Positions 12,487-25,309 of a stretch of DNA of 64,000 nucleotides are shown in pieces (positions within the stretch are counted from its first letter, which is position 1; each line of letters begins with the position of its first letter). The stretch spans positions 30,132,001 to 30,196,000 of the forward strand of contig NC_043015.1 of NCBI RefSeq assembly GCF_006345805.1, read 5' to 3'. This stretch comes from Octopus sinensis. Lineage: Eukaryota. A program made the position numbers and the translations under genes. The notes under the pieces are model-generated. The model saw nothing but the letters and a program-made list of their open reading frames with translations. It was not told where the DNA came from and searched no databases.

Positions 12487-12719
12487 GGAGCTTGAAGCAA
12501 GTTGCAAATGTATCGCTGCTGTTGATTATGTTGAGTGATATCTACACCCATTATGCCCTTGACGAAGGGCTGGAGAGAATGAGCCCGGCAATTGTGTTCG
12601 CCTTGCTCCTCTCTTGCCGTCTCATCATTCACCTGCAACTCCGTGCTAGGGAAGGTGCCGCCACCAACAGCAACGTCAGAAGACCTTCTACATCACAATT
12701 CACAAAGAAAGTAGAATAG
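12487..12719 (+). CDS. TMEM35: TMEM35/NACHO-family nAChR chaperone, last coding exon
   Basis: Long T tract then tttcag|GG completes the Gly codon. Translates SLKQVANVSLLLIMLSDIYTHYALDEGLERMSPAIVFALLLSCRLIIHLQLRAREGAATNSNVRRPSTSQFTKKVE*. Matches the TMEM35 motifs K.VAN..LL, H...D and A.VF..LL.CRL. Confidence 0.93.
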
Positions 12720-12748
12720 ACACATTGACAAAAAAAAACACAAGCATT

Positions 12749-12754
12749 AATAAA
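12749..12754 (+). promoter_or_regulatory. Candidate polyadenylation signal of the NACHO gene (second candidate at 12985-12990)
   Basis: AATAAA about 30 nt after the stop, followed by a T/GT-rich tract (~12820-12900). The region is AT-rich, so a chance match is possible. Confidence 0.4.
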
Positions 12755-13615
12755 CAAATTAACAAAAAAAAAAATTCCATATAATAATCGAACCATTCAT
12801 ACCTGCAGATAAAACTGTTGAGTTTTTCTGTTGTTTTTTTTTTTGTTTTTTCCCCATTTCTGTATATTTTTTTTTGTTTTTGTAATTTCTTTTTGTATTA
12901 TAATATTTGTGATTTTTTTTTTCTAACTTGTTTTCTAAACTCTTGTTAAAATATACAAAAATAAATCTATGAAAGGTTAAAAACAATAAAATTAGACAAG
13001 AAGAGGGAAAAAGAAAACAAAAAAATACGCAATTTCAGTAAGAAACTTCTTGTATTGTTCAACCACTCAAATCCCTTTTCCCTTTCCCACCCCCCTCACT
13101 AAAAGATAAAAGAAAAAATCAATTGTTGTTAAAACATAAATTATTTATTATCCATCATCACAAAGGGTAGGGAATATTAAGTCGGAATCGGTAGAGCAAC
13201 TGACAAAATGCCTTGTGGTATTTAGTTGCATCCCTTTACATCCTCGACTTAAATCCTGCCTAAGTCAACTTTACCTTTACCTGTCATCCTTCTGTTTGTG
13301 TGTGTGTGGGTGGGTGGGTGGTAGGTATCAATAAAATAAGGTACCAGTTATGAACTGGGGTTGATATTTATCAACTGTTCAGTTTTTGTTCCTCTCCCTT
13401 GTATTTCTGGCCTTTGTGCCTGTATTAGGAAAATTAACAAACAGTATTATTGTCATGGCAAAGAATATTGACAAAAATACCCTTTTTTTTGTTTGTATTT
13501 TAAATTTCTTCTGTCTTTTTTAAAGAATAAAGTCGACATAACTTAGGTAATGTTGAATACAGAGAGTCATTTTTATGTGTCTGTTTGTTGGTATTTTATT
13601 TTCAAGGCCCTAAAT

Positions 13616-14252
13616 CAGTGGTTCCCAGCCAGGGTCCATATAAGATTTTGTTGTTAAAAATTATATGCAATAAATCAGATATACTTCTACAACACAAAAT
13701 ATTTTAACAATTTCTTTTTATGCAGCTCTCTTTACTCTTTTACTTGTTTCAGTCATTTGATTGCGGCCATGCTGGAGCACCGCCTTTAGTCGAGCAAATC
13801 GACCCCGGGACTTATTCTTTGTAAGCCCAGTATTTATTCTATCGGTCTCTTTTGCCAAACCGCTAAGTGACGGGGACGTAAACACACCAGCATCAGTTGT
13901 CAAGCAATGCTAGGGAGACAAACACAGACACACAAACACACACATGCATATATATATACATATCTACAATGGGCTTCCTTCAGTTTCCATCTACCAAATC
14001 CACTCACAAGGCATTGGTCGGCCTGGGGCTATAGTAGAAGACACTTGCCCAAGATGCCACGCAGTGGGACTGAACCCGGAACCATGTGGTTGGTTAGCAA
14101 GCTACTTACCACACAGCCACTCCTCCGCCTATAATATTCAATTATAAAAAATATAATAGGATTTTTTTTAAACATCTAACGGCTACGAGGGTCCATCCGA
14201 GTAAAATAGGATTCGAAGGGGTCCATAGGTAAAAAATGGTTGAGAATCACTG
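13616..14252. mobile_element. hAT-like MITE with a nested SINE B
   Basis: CAGTGGTTCCCAGCC...GGTTGAGAATCACTG terminal inverted repeats; no clear TSD. Confidence 0.6.
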
Positions 14253-14666
14253 GCAGAGATAAACGTGTCTGATTGATTAAGAACTTGAGGTACGTTGGGA
14301 AAAGACGTCTTGTGTCAGATCACCATGCCAACCCAAACCTTGTCAGTGAAATACAGGAACATCATCATCATCATCATCGTTTAACATCCGTTTTCCATGC
14401 TAGCATGGGTTGGACGGTTCAACTGGGGTCTGGGAAGCCAGAAGGCTGCACCAGGCTCTGGTCTGATTTGGCAGTGTTTCTACAGCTGGATGCCCTTCCT
14501 AACGCCAACCATTCCGTGAGTGTAGTGGGTGCTTTTTACGTGCCACCGGTACGGGGGCCAGTCGAGGCGTGCCTCACACTATTTCAAAGGACTAGTCTTG
14601 ACACACATACTGTCATGCTAAATCTGTCTGAAGATTAGGTCACAGGTACAAGTGTCTGTGGAATAA

Positions 14667-14897
14667 GGTGGTGAGCTGGCAGAAACGTTAGCACGCTGGG
14701 CGAAATGCGTAGCCGTATTTTGTCTGCCGTTACGTCCTGAGTTTAAATTCCGCCAAGGTCGACTTTGCCTTTCATCCTTTCGGGGTCGATTAAATAAGTA
14801 CCAGTTACGCACTGGAATCGATGTAATCGACTTAATCCGTTTGTCTGTCCTTGTTTGTCCCCTCTGTGTTTAGCCCCTTGTGGGCAGTAAAGAAAAA
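14667..14897 (+). mobile_element. SINE family A with ~21-bp TSD
   Basis: TSD ggtacaagtgtc(t/a)gtggaata at 14646 and 14898. Confidence 0.88.
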
Positions 14898-15360
14898 GGT
14901 ACAAGTGTCAGTGGAATATTGTGGTACATGGCTTTGTGGCAAGACGTTTGCTTCCCAACCACATGGTTACAGGTTCTGTCCCACTGTATGGCACCTTGGG
15001 CCAGTATCTTCTTCTGTTGCACTTGATTGACCAAAGTTTTCTGAGTGGATTTGGTTGACAGAAACTGAAAGAAGCCTGTCAGTGTGTCCACTTGTCTTAA
15101 CATCATGCAATAGTTGAAAAATGGTTGTCAGTGCTGTGTCATTCATTTCCAATATTCTGTGAGAACATGTCTGGCCTTGCAGAAATATTACCTTGTTTGG
15201 AAACAGGTATGGGTTGGTGACAAGAAGGGCATCCAGCTGTAGAAAACCTGCCTCAGTAAACACCATCTGATCCATACAAGCATGCAAAGTGGACATTAAA
15301 ATGATGATGATATAATATATATAAAGAATATGAGGGGTTTAGTTCACTGATGATCTAAAC

Positions 15361-15691
15361 TAGGCCTGGCTAACTCGAATTACATCGCAGGCCACTTTAA
15401 CCACAGAGAGTTTTTTGAGGGCCGCTTGTATACTGACAGAATTGGAAGCATTTTGCTTTCTCATGTTATTATTACAATAATGAATGAATGACCGTTGATT
15501 GAACATGAAATATTATCGTTGCAAAAACAGTAGTACCTTTCTTTTACACTTTTCATTACCATCTTGAATTTCTGATAAATTTTTTTAAATGTTTGTTTAA
15601 ATAAACCTATTTAAAGAAAGTATCAAGTGAGCCGCAAGAGAAAAGTCTGCAGGCTGCATGTGGCCCATGGGCCTCAGGTTGGCCAGCTCTG
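15361..15691. mobile_element. hAT (Charlie/Buster-like) MITE
   Basis: Imperfect TIRs TAGGCCTGGCTAAC / GTTGGCCAGCTCTG and an exact 8-bp TSD atctaaac. Confidence 0.8.
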
Positions 15692-15805
15692 ATCTAAACC
15701 AATAGGTATGCTGCGTAAGTGCTATAATTGGTCATCTGTTAGGTTCCAAGTTCACAGCTGAGGCTGGCGCTAGGGATCTGTTTTGAATGCTGATACCTAC
15801 ATACC

Positions 15806-15858
<53 letters not shown>

Positions 15859-16067
15859 TAGGCAACCACCTACAGGTAAATAATATGCTGTATAATGGAA
15901 CCAAGTCACTTGAGATACATTAGCACTGAAAGGTACACCATAACAAGTTGTATAGTGTCTCACCTGCGAGGAAAAGATGCAAGGATGGGTCGAAACGATT
16001 GTTGTGATTAATAAAAAATCTTGTGAATTCATTTCTTGTTTCTCTCATTTCTTATATACATACATAC

Positions 16068-16115
<48 letters not shown>

Positions 16116-16136
16116 TATATATACACATATATATAT

Positions 16137-16562
16137 TGTGCTAGTGGAGCGCTAAGAGTGCCATACGAGCGTGATCGTTGCCAGAGCAACAATCTGGCCT
16201 CTGTGCCGATTGGCACATAAAAAGCACCATTGAGCGTGATCGTTACCTGCATCGTCTTACTGGCATGTCAAAAAACATTCGACTGAGGTCATTGCCAGTG
16301 CCACTGGACTGGCTCCTGTGCAGGTGGCACATAAAAAGCACCATTTGAGCGTGGCCACTGCCAGTACCACCGAACTGGCCCTTGTGCCGGTGGCACGTAA
16401 AAGCACCCACTACATTCTCGGAGTGGTTGGCATTAGGAAGGGCATCCAGCTGTAGAAACTCTGCCAGATCAGATTGGAGTCTGGCACAGCCATCTGGTTC
16501 GCCAGACCTCAGTCAAATCGTCCAACCCATGCTAGCATGGAAAGCGGACGTTAAACGATGAT
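16137..16562 (+). mobile_element. SINE family C with an internal ~60-bp tandem array
   Basis: About five diverged units of ...gtggcacataaaaagcaccat..gagcgtg..cgttgccag... precede the conserved 3' part and GAT tail. Confidence 0.8.
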
Positions 16563-17074
16563 GAGGATGATATATATAGGCATGGGCATGGTTATATACA
16601 TATAACCATGTGATTAGAGGTTCACTCCCACTGTCAGCACTATTGGCTTTTGTTCTCTACAGGTTAACCAGTAACTTGCAAATGAAATTTGGGAGATGGA
16701 AACTGGAAGAAGCCTGTCATATGTACATACATGTCACTGAGTGTGTGTTCCTCTTATTCTGATGTGTGCACTGATTGTAAACAGAGCTTCACTGTTCATA
16801 TAAATGGTAACATTTGTTTGCCATTGACTGTGAGAGCTTGTCTGAGCTGTTTGTTGTTTGAGTGTGGTTGTTGCCAGTGGCATGTAAAAAGCACCCACTA
16901 GACTCTCGGAGTGGTTGGCATTAGGAAGGGTATCTAGCTGTAGAAAATCTGCCAGGTCAGACTGGAGTCTGGTGTAGCCTTCTGGCTTGCCAGCCCTCAG
17001 TCAAACCGTCCAACCCATGCCAGCATGGAAAGAAGACGTTAAACGACAATATATACACATTCATGCGTATGAAC

Positions 17075-17115
<41 letters not shown>

Positions 17116-18229
17116 TGTATATATACATGTGTGTGTGTGTATGTATATATATATAAAACACTTGCCCTAAGTGCTATGCTGAAGATACTTCTATGGAAGG
17201 TGTATATACTCTTGTAGTGAAGGTGTGTATATACACACTTCTTGTGAGGGTGTTTCTGATAACCATGCTCAACACACTTGTGGGGAAAGTGTATATAATA
17301 AGTACACTCAATGCACTTGTAGTGGAAGTGTATGTAATAAACACACCCACCAAGGTTTGTTCTGGTAATACCCAGTTGGAAGGAAGGAAATCCAGTTGTA
17401 GATGAAAGGGAAAATACAGCATTTCATGTAATAACAGTTTTATGAATAATAAACCACTGTTAGATGTTATAAATTATTAACTATTGTTAGACCTATAGAT
17501 ACCAGACAGAAAAGAACTGCAAGCTTAGCTTGGACAAGGCTTGAACTAAATATTTATCACTTGTAGAATGATTGTAAATGTTAGACCAATTCCACTGGTT
17601 ACTGTCTACCATTTCATCTCCTCTGTGGTTAGGAAGCTTGCTTTGCTACCATGGGGTTTCGGTTCCATCCCACTATATGACACCTTGGGCAAGTGTCTTC
17701 TGCTATAGCCCTGGACTGACCAATGCCTTATGAAGGAATTTGGTTGACAGAAAGTATGTGGAAGCCCACCATATACACACATATATATATATATATACAT
17801 ACATACATACAGAATTTGAGGAAACAATATCTGAGTAAGGGATTGTTAATATATATATAAATATATCATCATCATCATCATTTAACGTCCGTTTTCCATG
17901 CTAGCATGGGTTGGACGGTTCGACCGGGGTCTGGTAAGCCATGGAGGCTGCACCAGGCTCCAGTCTGATCTGGCAGTGTTTCTACAGTTGGATGCCCTTC
18001 CTAACGCCAACCACTCCATGAGTGTAGTGGGTGTTTTTTATGTGCCACCGGCACAGGAGCCAGAACAGGCTGGCAAATGGCCACAATCGGTTGGTGCTTT
18101 TACGTGTCACCGACACGGAGGCCAGTCAGGCGACGCTAGTAACTGCCACACTCAAAACGGTGCTTTTACGTGTCACTGGCACGGGTGTCCTAACTACAAT
18201 TACCATTCGAATATATATATATATCCAAC

Positions 18230-19410
18230 TGGAGTGAGGGGACGAGCAGAGTAGCCAGTCTCATCCAGAAATGAGTCAAGAGGCAAGCATGTCGCCTCAG
18301 TCATTTACTACTGCCTCACCATTATGCCTTACCCTAATTCATGCCTGGTCAAGCCAGAGCATTTGATTTTTCTGCCTCTTATGGAAGGCACAGACTCCAC
18401 TGGTCAGGCGTGCCATTTGCTGTCAGTACCCTATGAAGTGTGGGCTGGGTATGCTGTGGCTATTGATACACAGACACATGTTGAGGCTGTGGCATGTCCA
18501 GTATTTCCTTGATGATGGGGAGCAGGTGCAGTCACCGTTTGTCAGCTTTGTTTTCCCACAGCTCGTCTCTTTGACTGAGCTGCAGACCTGGATCAAGCGT
18601 AAACCAAGGCAGAGTGCCTGGCACTTTGGCTGTCGTCAGGTGCCTACACTCCTCTGCCAGTTGGTGTCAGTTCCACTATGGCTTTCTTTAGAGGGTTAGT
18701 GGTAGGTAAGTGCAACGATGTCCTCAGGGTGACTCTGAGTGTCAACAAGAATGAATTAGCTGGGCTGGGGCCTATGGATAATTTCCAGAAACCCTTGGCC
18801 TGGCAGTGCTACCAGGGGGCACTGCCTGTTTGGGATAAACTCAACGGGCATAGATGTGCAGTTAGCCAGGCTTGCCTGAAATGCATATAGAGCGATGAAA
18901 CCGTTCTGCACACACTCATCCAGTGCCTGAATATTTCTGACTTATAGGTTTATGTCGCACACCTACTGTTATGTGTAGGCTGGACTTGGATATCGACTGA
19001 GTCCATTGTGAAAATAGTCCTGCCACTTTCATTTGGCTGGAAAAACCAGGCTGTTTTTCTTTGCCTAGTAGCCTTAGCAAAAGAGATTGTGTGGTGGACC
19101 AGATTGAAAGGGCTGAAGACAGATACTTTCTTCTTTAGCCAAGCCCTCGTCAATTTTTTCAAGTTTCACTTGAAAAGATAAGTGAGCACGGAGAGGGAAG
19201 TTCTCCCCCTACCCAGCAATTTTGTTAAAAGGTGGGTGAATGTTGCAAGAATGGCCCAAGTGAATAAGCCTACTCTAAGCATGCTCCTGTAAACAATTTA
19301 GGGTATTTTGTTTTTTCCATTGTTTGCATGACTTTCATGTAACCCCACATTATATTTGTCTCCTGCTGTTCATAACATTTTTCAATGTAAACCCTTTGTG
19401 GTTAATAAGA
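18230..19410 (+). mobile_element. Degenerate Tx1/L1-clade LINE 3' region (zf-RVT-like)
   Basis: LAWQCYQGALPVWDKL...CLKC...ETVLH (CxxC...H...C knuckle). Homologous pieces at ~11140-11450 and 21782-21935. Confidence 0.7.
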
Positions 19411-19459
19411 AAATTATCATCATCATCATCATCATTATTATTATTATTATTATTATTCG

Positions 19460-19800
19460 TAGCCAGCACCGCATCGACTGGCCTCCGTGCTGGTGGCACA
19501 TAACAAACACCATCCGATCGTGGCCGTTGCCAGCCTCGCCTGGCCTCCATGCCGGTGGCACATAAAAAACACCATCCGAGCGTGGCCTTTCGCCAGCCTT
19601 GTCTGGCCCCTGTGTCGGTGGCACATAAAAAGCACTCACTACACTCACGGAGTGGTTGGCGTTAGGAAGGGCATCCAGCTGTAGAAACACTGCCAGATCA
19701 GACTGAAGCCTGGTGTATCCTCCTGGCTTCCCAGATCCCCGGTCGAACCGTCCAACCCATGCTAGCATGGAAAGCGGACGTTAAACGATGATGATGATGA
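19460..19800 (+). mobile_element. SINE family C with three internal tandem units
   Basis: Same ~60-bp unit and 3' end as the other family C copies. Confidence 0.8.
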
Positions 19801-20546
19801 TAATGATTATTATTAGCAGCAGCAGTAGTACTGTGGGTGATGGTATCAACTTACCCCACCCTTTAAAATTGCTGGCCTTGTGCCAAAATTTGAAACGATT
19901 ATTATCATTGTTGCTGTTATGAGAATCACATCAGAGAATATTAGGTCTTTAGGTTCAATTGTAGCACTTACCTGACAATAACAATTTTCAATCTCCCTGC
20001 CCTGGGACTTATTTTACTTCTTAAATCTGTTGTATTTAACAACTGGTAAAAGAAGTCTCTAGAGTGGAGACTGAAATATCAACATTGCTGGCATTTAAAT
20101 ATTTTTAAATGCCAAAGTATTAGGAAGACACATATCTACATATGTATGTATGTGTGTGCGTATGAACCTGTACATGTATATATATATGTATGTGCATGAA
20201 CCTATATATATGTATATATGTATGCATACATATATATATATACACACACATATATAATCTTGGTACATACGTTTATATACATAATATATATAAATATACA
20301 GATACCTCTATCAATACGATCAATATACGTATGTGTATATATATACATACACTCTCTTTTACTCTTTTAGTTGTTTCAGTCATGTGACTGGCCATGCTGG
20401 AGCGCCACCCTTAGTCGAGCAAATCGACCCCAGGACTTATTCTTTGTAAGCCTAGTACTTATCCTATTAGTCTCTTTTGCTGAACCACTAAGTTACGGGG
20501 ACGTAAACACACCACCATCGATTGTCAAGCAATGTTGGGAGGACAA

Positions 20547-20632
<86 letters not shown>

Positions 20633-21261
20633 TACAACGGGCTTCTTTTAGTTTCTGTCTACCAAATCCACTCACAAGGCTTTGGTCAGCCCAAGGCTAT
20701 AGTAGAAGACACTTGACCAAGGTGCCATGCAGTAGGCCTGAACTCCTACGCCTATATATCTAACAAGGCAATCCTGGTACATACACACACACCAATGTGC
20801 ACGCATGGGTGTATATCTGAACTAATGGTGATAACTAAATGTTCAGCATAGGCAGTAGGTTTTAATAAAATAAATTGTTAATAAAGGACCTTACACTATA
20901 AGACAATATGTAAAAGCAATTTAGCAACATTTACTCATATGTAATTGTGTGTCTGTGTACAGTAAGTAGTTTTTTAAGCATGAACGAAGAGAAAATAATC
21001 TTTTATTGTTTACTTGTTTCAGTCATTGGACTGCAGCCATTACTGGGGAACTACCTCGAAGGGCATTAGCTGAATGAATCAACCCCAGCACTTTTTTTTT
21101 TAAAGCCTGATACCTATTGTATGGTTTTCATTTGCTGAACTAGTATGTTACAAGGATGTAAACAAACCAATATCAGTTGTCAGGCAGTAATCGGGAACAA
21201 AGACAAATACACACATATATAAATACACACACACACACATGATGGGTTTTCTCTAGTTTCT

Positions 21262-21486
21262 CATTTCTTTACTGCCCACAAGGGGCTAAACACAGAGAGG
21301 ACAAACAAGGACAGACAAACGGATTAAGTTGATTAGATCGACTCCAGTGCGTAACTGGTACTTAATTTATCGACCCCGAAAGCATGAAAGGCAAAGTCGA
21401 CCTTGGCGGAATTTGAACTCAGAATGTAACGGCAGACAAAAAGCATTTTGCTCGGCATGCTAACGTTTCTGCCAGTTCGCCGCCTT
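21262..21486 (-). mobile_element. SINE family A nested in a degenerate SINE B
   Basis: Family A consensus flanked by the imperfect TSD gggtttt(t)ctc(t/c)agtttct. Confidence 0.8.
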
Positions 21487-21639
21487 GGGTTTTCTCCAGT
21501 TTCTGTCTACCAAATCCACAAAATCACCCACCAAGACTTTGGTTTGCCAGGGCCATAGCAAAAGATGCCACACAATGGTACCAAACTCAAAACCCTGTGG
21601 TTGTGAAACAAACTTCTTACTACCCAGCCATGCTGTCCA

Positions 21640-21654
21640 TATCCATATCCATAT

Positions 21655-21752
<98 letters not shown>

Positions 21753-21937
21753 TATATATATTATATATATATATATATATTTTGGGCTGGGGCCCTATCA
21801 ATAACTTCCAGAAATCCCTGGCCTGGGAGGGGCTTTGCCTGTTTGAGATAAGCTCTATAGGCGCAGAAGCCGTCAGTCAGACCTGTCCCAAGATGCGCGC
21901 AGAGCAATGAAACCATTCTGCATGCACTCATCTACAC

Positions 21938-22007
<70 letters not shown>

Positions 22008-22055
22008 ATATAATAATAATATATATATATATATATATATAATAATAATAATATA

Positions 22056-22086
<31 letters not shown>
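21640..22086. repeat. (TA)n/(TAA)n microsatellites enclosing a Tx1 fragment
   Basis: Direct inspection. Confidence 0.9.
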
Positions 22087-24210
22087 CATGGTTTTACTAT
22101 TGCTGCATGTAAGAAGTAAAAACAATGGAGAACTTTTTTGTGAAACCGTGATTTCTGTTTTAATCAATATCCTCACACTATCAGCTGTTATGAGACTGAA
22201 TCAATATCACTTTACACCAATTGTTTGTTTACACTTCATCATCATCATCATCATTCATTTTCTTTTGCCATATAAACATCCTTTGATCCAGCAAATGTAA
22301 TTCTAATACAATACTATAATACTCTATGAAACTAAATCTTCACATCAGAATCAACAGAGTCTCCTGCTTCCTTTATTCATGATACAATTCACTGCAGTAT
22401 AGTGTTTTTTTAAAAATTTTACCTGAACAATACAGTCATGGATGCAAATAACTACGTATTTAAAATATAATATCTTGAATTTTTGTTTAACCCTTTAGTG
22501 TTTAAACCAGCCATATCCGGCCAAAATATTCTACCTATTTTATGTTCAAACTAGTCAGATATGGTCATTCAGAGCTATCTTATTGTGTCATTTTAAAAAT
22601 AAACAATCACATCATTGAAATCTCAAAGCCATGAAATGATGCAAGATTAATTTTACATGGTGTGAATACATAAGCTTTACATTTGACAGAATAATCTGAA
22701 TGCTAAAGGGTTGACCCTTTCATTACACTGTTCGCTTTCCAGACATTTGTACATTACTGCATATACTTTATACGCACTTTTGACAAAATGTGGTGCACCT
22801 GAGCACTGTATACAATAATTTCATTATTATTATTATTATTATTACCAACCCAGCTGAAACCGCCTCTGGCCCTGTAGTACAAATGTCTTGTTTTCATAAG
22901 TTTTGAATTAAAATCTTCCACCAAACCTTAGCCACAATTTATGTTCCTAACACTAGCTTAATGATAACCAAGTTATTTTACTAAATTCTTTGTTATGTTT
23001 AAAGTAATTGAAAGAAACATAGAGCATCTCAAAATAAATACAGTAATGAAAGGGTTAAACAAAAATAGCAGTCAAATCTTCCCAACAAAATTATGTCAAC
23101 TGAAGTCACTTGTTTCATGTCCTAAACTTCACAACCAAACAGCTAACACAGACAAAATGATCACAATGACAAAAACTGACCAAGTGGCAATGCTTAGAAC
23201 CAGAAAATACACTTAACCCTTTCATTATCAACCCAGCTGAAACCGGTTCTAGCTCTGTAGTACAAATGTCTTGTTTCCATAAGTTTTGAATGAAAATCTT
23301 CCACCAAACCTTAGTCACAATTTATGTTCCTAACACTAGCAGAATGATGACTGAGTTATTTTACTAAATTCTTTGTTATATTTAAAATAATTGAAAGAAA
23401 CCCAGAACATCTCAAAATAAATACAGTAATGAAAGGGTTAAAAGGTTTATCCAACATAGGCATGGCTATGTCCTCAAGATGTTTGCTTTGCAACTTCCTG
23501 CAAACTGTTTGAATCCCATCATATGCATTTGTGTTCGAGTCTCACGGCTGGCTACAAACAGATTTTTCTGCAAAATATGGATAGCTTATCCTGTTCATGG
23601 TATATTATTAGCATTATCCTGCATTTAAGAATAAAACTATTTCCTTATCTGTATCTTTCAATACATCTCAACGCTTGACTTTCAACCCTCTCTATCGGAG
23701 AGGCACTGAGCAGCTATACGCACACATACACACATGGCAATAACTTCTGCCTACCGAATTCAATCACAAAGCTCCAGTCGGCTCGGGGCTATAGCGGAAG
23801 ACACCTACCCAAAGTGACACGCAGTGGGACTGAACCCGAAACCAAAGTTGAATTTGGTATATATATATCAACACCAGAGTTATATAACCTACACCAGTGT
23901 CACAAAACCAGCCCCAGCCCATTCAAAAGTACCTTGGATCGTAGGGCGACATGCCATACTTAAGGAGACCTATTGAGTCAAGTACATCAACATCAACAGC
24001 AATATCAAAATCAAATCGAATGGAAATTGTAGTTGTGAGCCCTGTGCCGGTAGCATGCAAAAAGCATCATGAGCCTGGCTAGGCTTGATAAGGGCGCATA
24101 AATAAAAAAAAGGTAAGAGTTCATGTTGTGAGTTTCAGAGGGAATACAAATCCACACGTGATCTCTGATCACATGAACGCTCCCCGGTCACACTATATTT
24201 AGCTATATTT

Positions 24211-24432
24211 AGGTGGCGAGCTGGCAGAAACGGTAGCACGCCGGGCAAAATGCGTAGCCGTATTTCGTCTGCCGTTACGTTCTGAGTTCAAATTCCGCTG
24301 AGGTTGACTTTGCCTTTCATCCTTTCGGGGTCGATAAATAAAGTACCAGTTACGCACTGGGGTCGATGGAATCGACTTAATCCCTTTGTCTGTCCCCTCT
24401 ATATTTAGCCCCTTGTGGGTAGTAAAGAAATA
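24211..24432 (+). mobile_element. SINE family A with TSD
   Basis: Direct repeat tatatttagctatatt on both sides. Confidence 0.85.
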
Positions 24433-24849
24433 TATATATTTAGCTATATTAATATTTCGACTGGATGGTCATGGCTGGAACATTTTCGATCATAAGTTTA
24501 CTCAGTCAGAGCTGACTTAGGGCCATACAACAACAACAACGACAAGAAAATAGTCTTCTGCCCTTTATTCTCCTATAAATGTGAGGCTATGTACCTATTT
24601 AAAAATCTATATTCCAAATTCCGTGGCCTGCATAGATGCCTTGTGTTAGCTGCAGCCTTGGCAACATCAGAAGCAGCAGCTTGCTAAGCCTCGCTATGTA
24701 AATCTCGCTATTAAAAAAGATGCTTCTTTCCATAGGAACAGAAAGCAATTTGTATCAAGTTCCTGAGACCCATGAATTGCCGTTCTTATCTGAATGAAAT
24801 ATCCAGTTCGTGATCGTTGTATAGAAGGAGAAAAAAACCCACCACCACC

Positions 24850-24881
<32 letters not shown>

Positions 24882-25309
24882 AAATCAGCAAGAACAACAA
24901 CAAATAAATGAATAAATAAATAAACAATCCGGCATTGAATTCTGAGCAGATGCGATGTTATGAGAAAGATTTCTCAGTCAGCTGTAAAAGCCATTATTTT
25001 TGTCTCCTTTTTTGTGTTACGTGAAAAGACCAAAAAAAAGAAAAAAAAAAGGATAGAAACCCCCTCAAAATCTATTCTCTATTCTGTTTTTTGCCCCTTT
25101 CCTTCCCTATACTTTGTTATGTCATATCTTGAAAAACATTTTTAGCATCAGCTGATTGTCTGTCTGTCTGTTTGTCTGTCAGTCTTTCTTTTTGTCCGTC
25201 AGTATGTCTGTCTGTCTGTTTCTCTGCCCCCCTTTTTTTTTCCTTTCTGTCTCTGTCCCTCTCTCTCTCTCTCTCTCAGACAATCTCCATCTCTACTTCT
25301 ACCTGCAAC

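Noticed and set aside
16137-16420. Repeat/spacer-like periodicity resembling a CRISPR array
   Set aside because: Eukaryotic context, no cas genes, and the spacers are homologous to each other. It is the internal array of a SINE.
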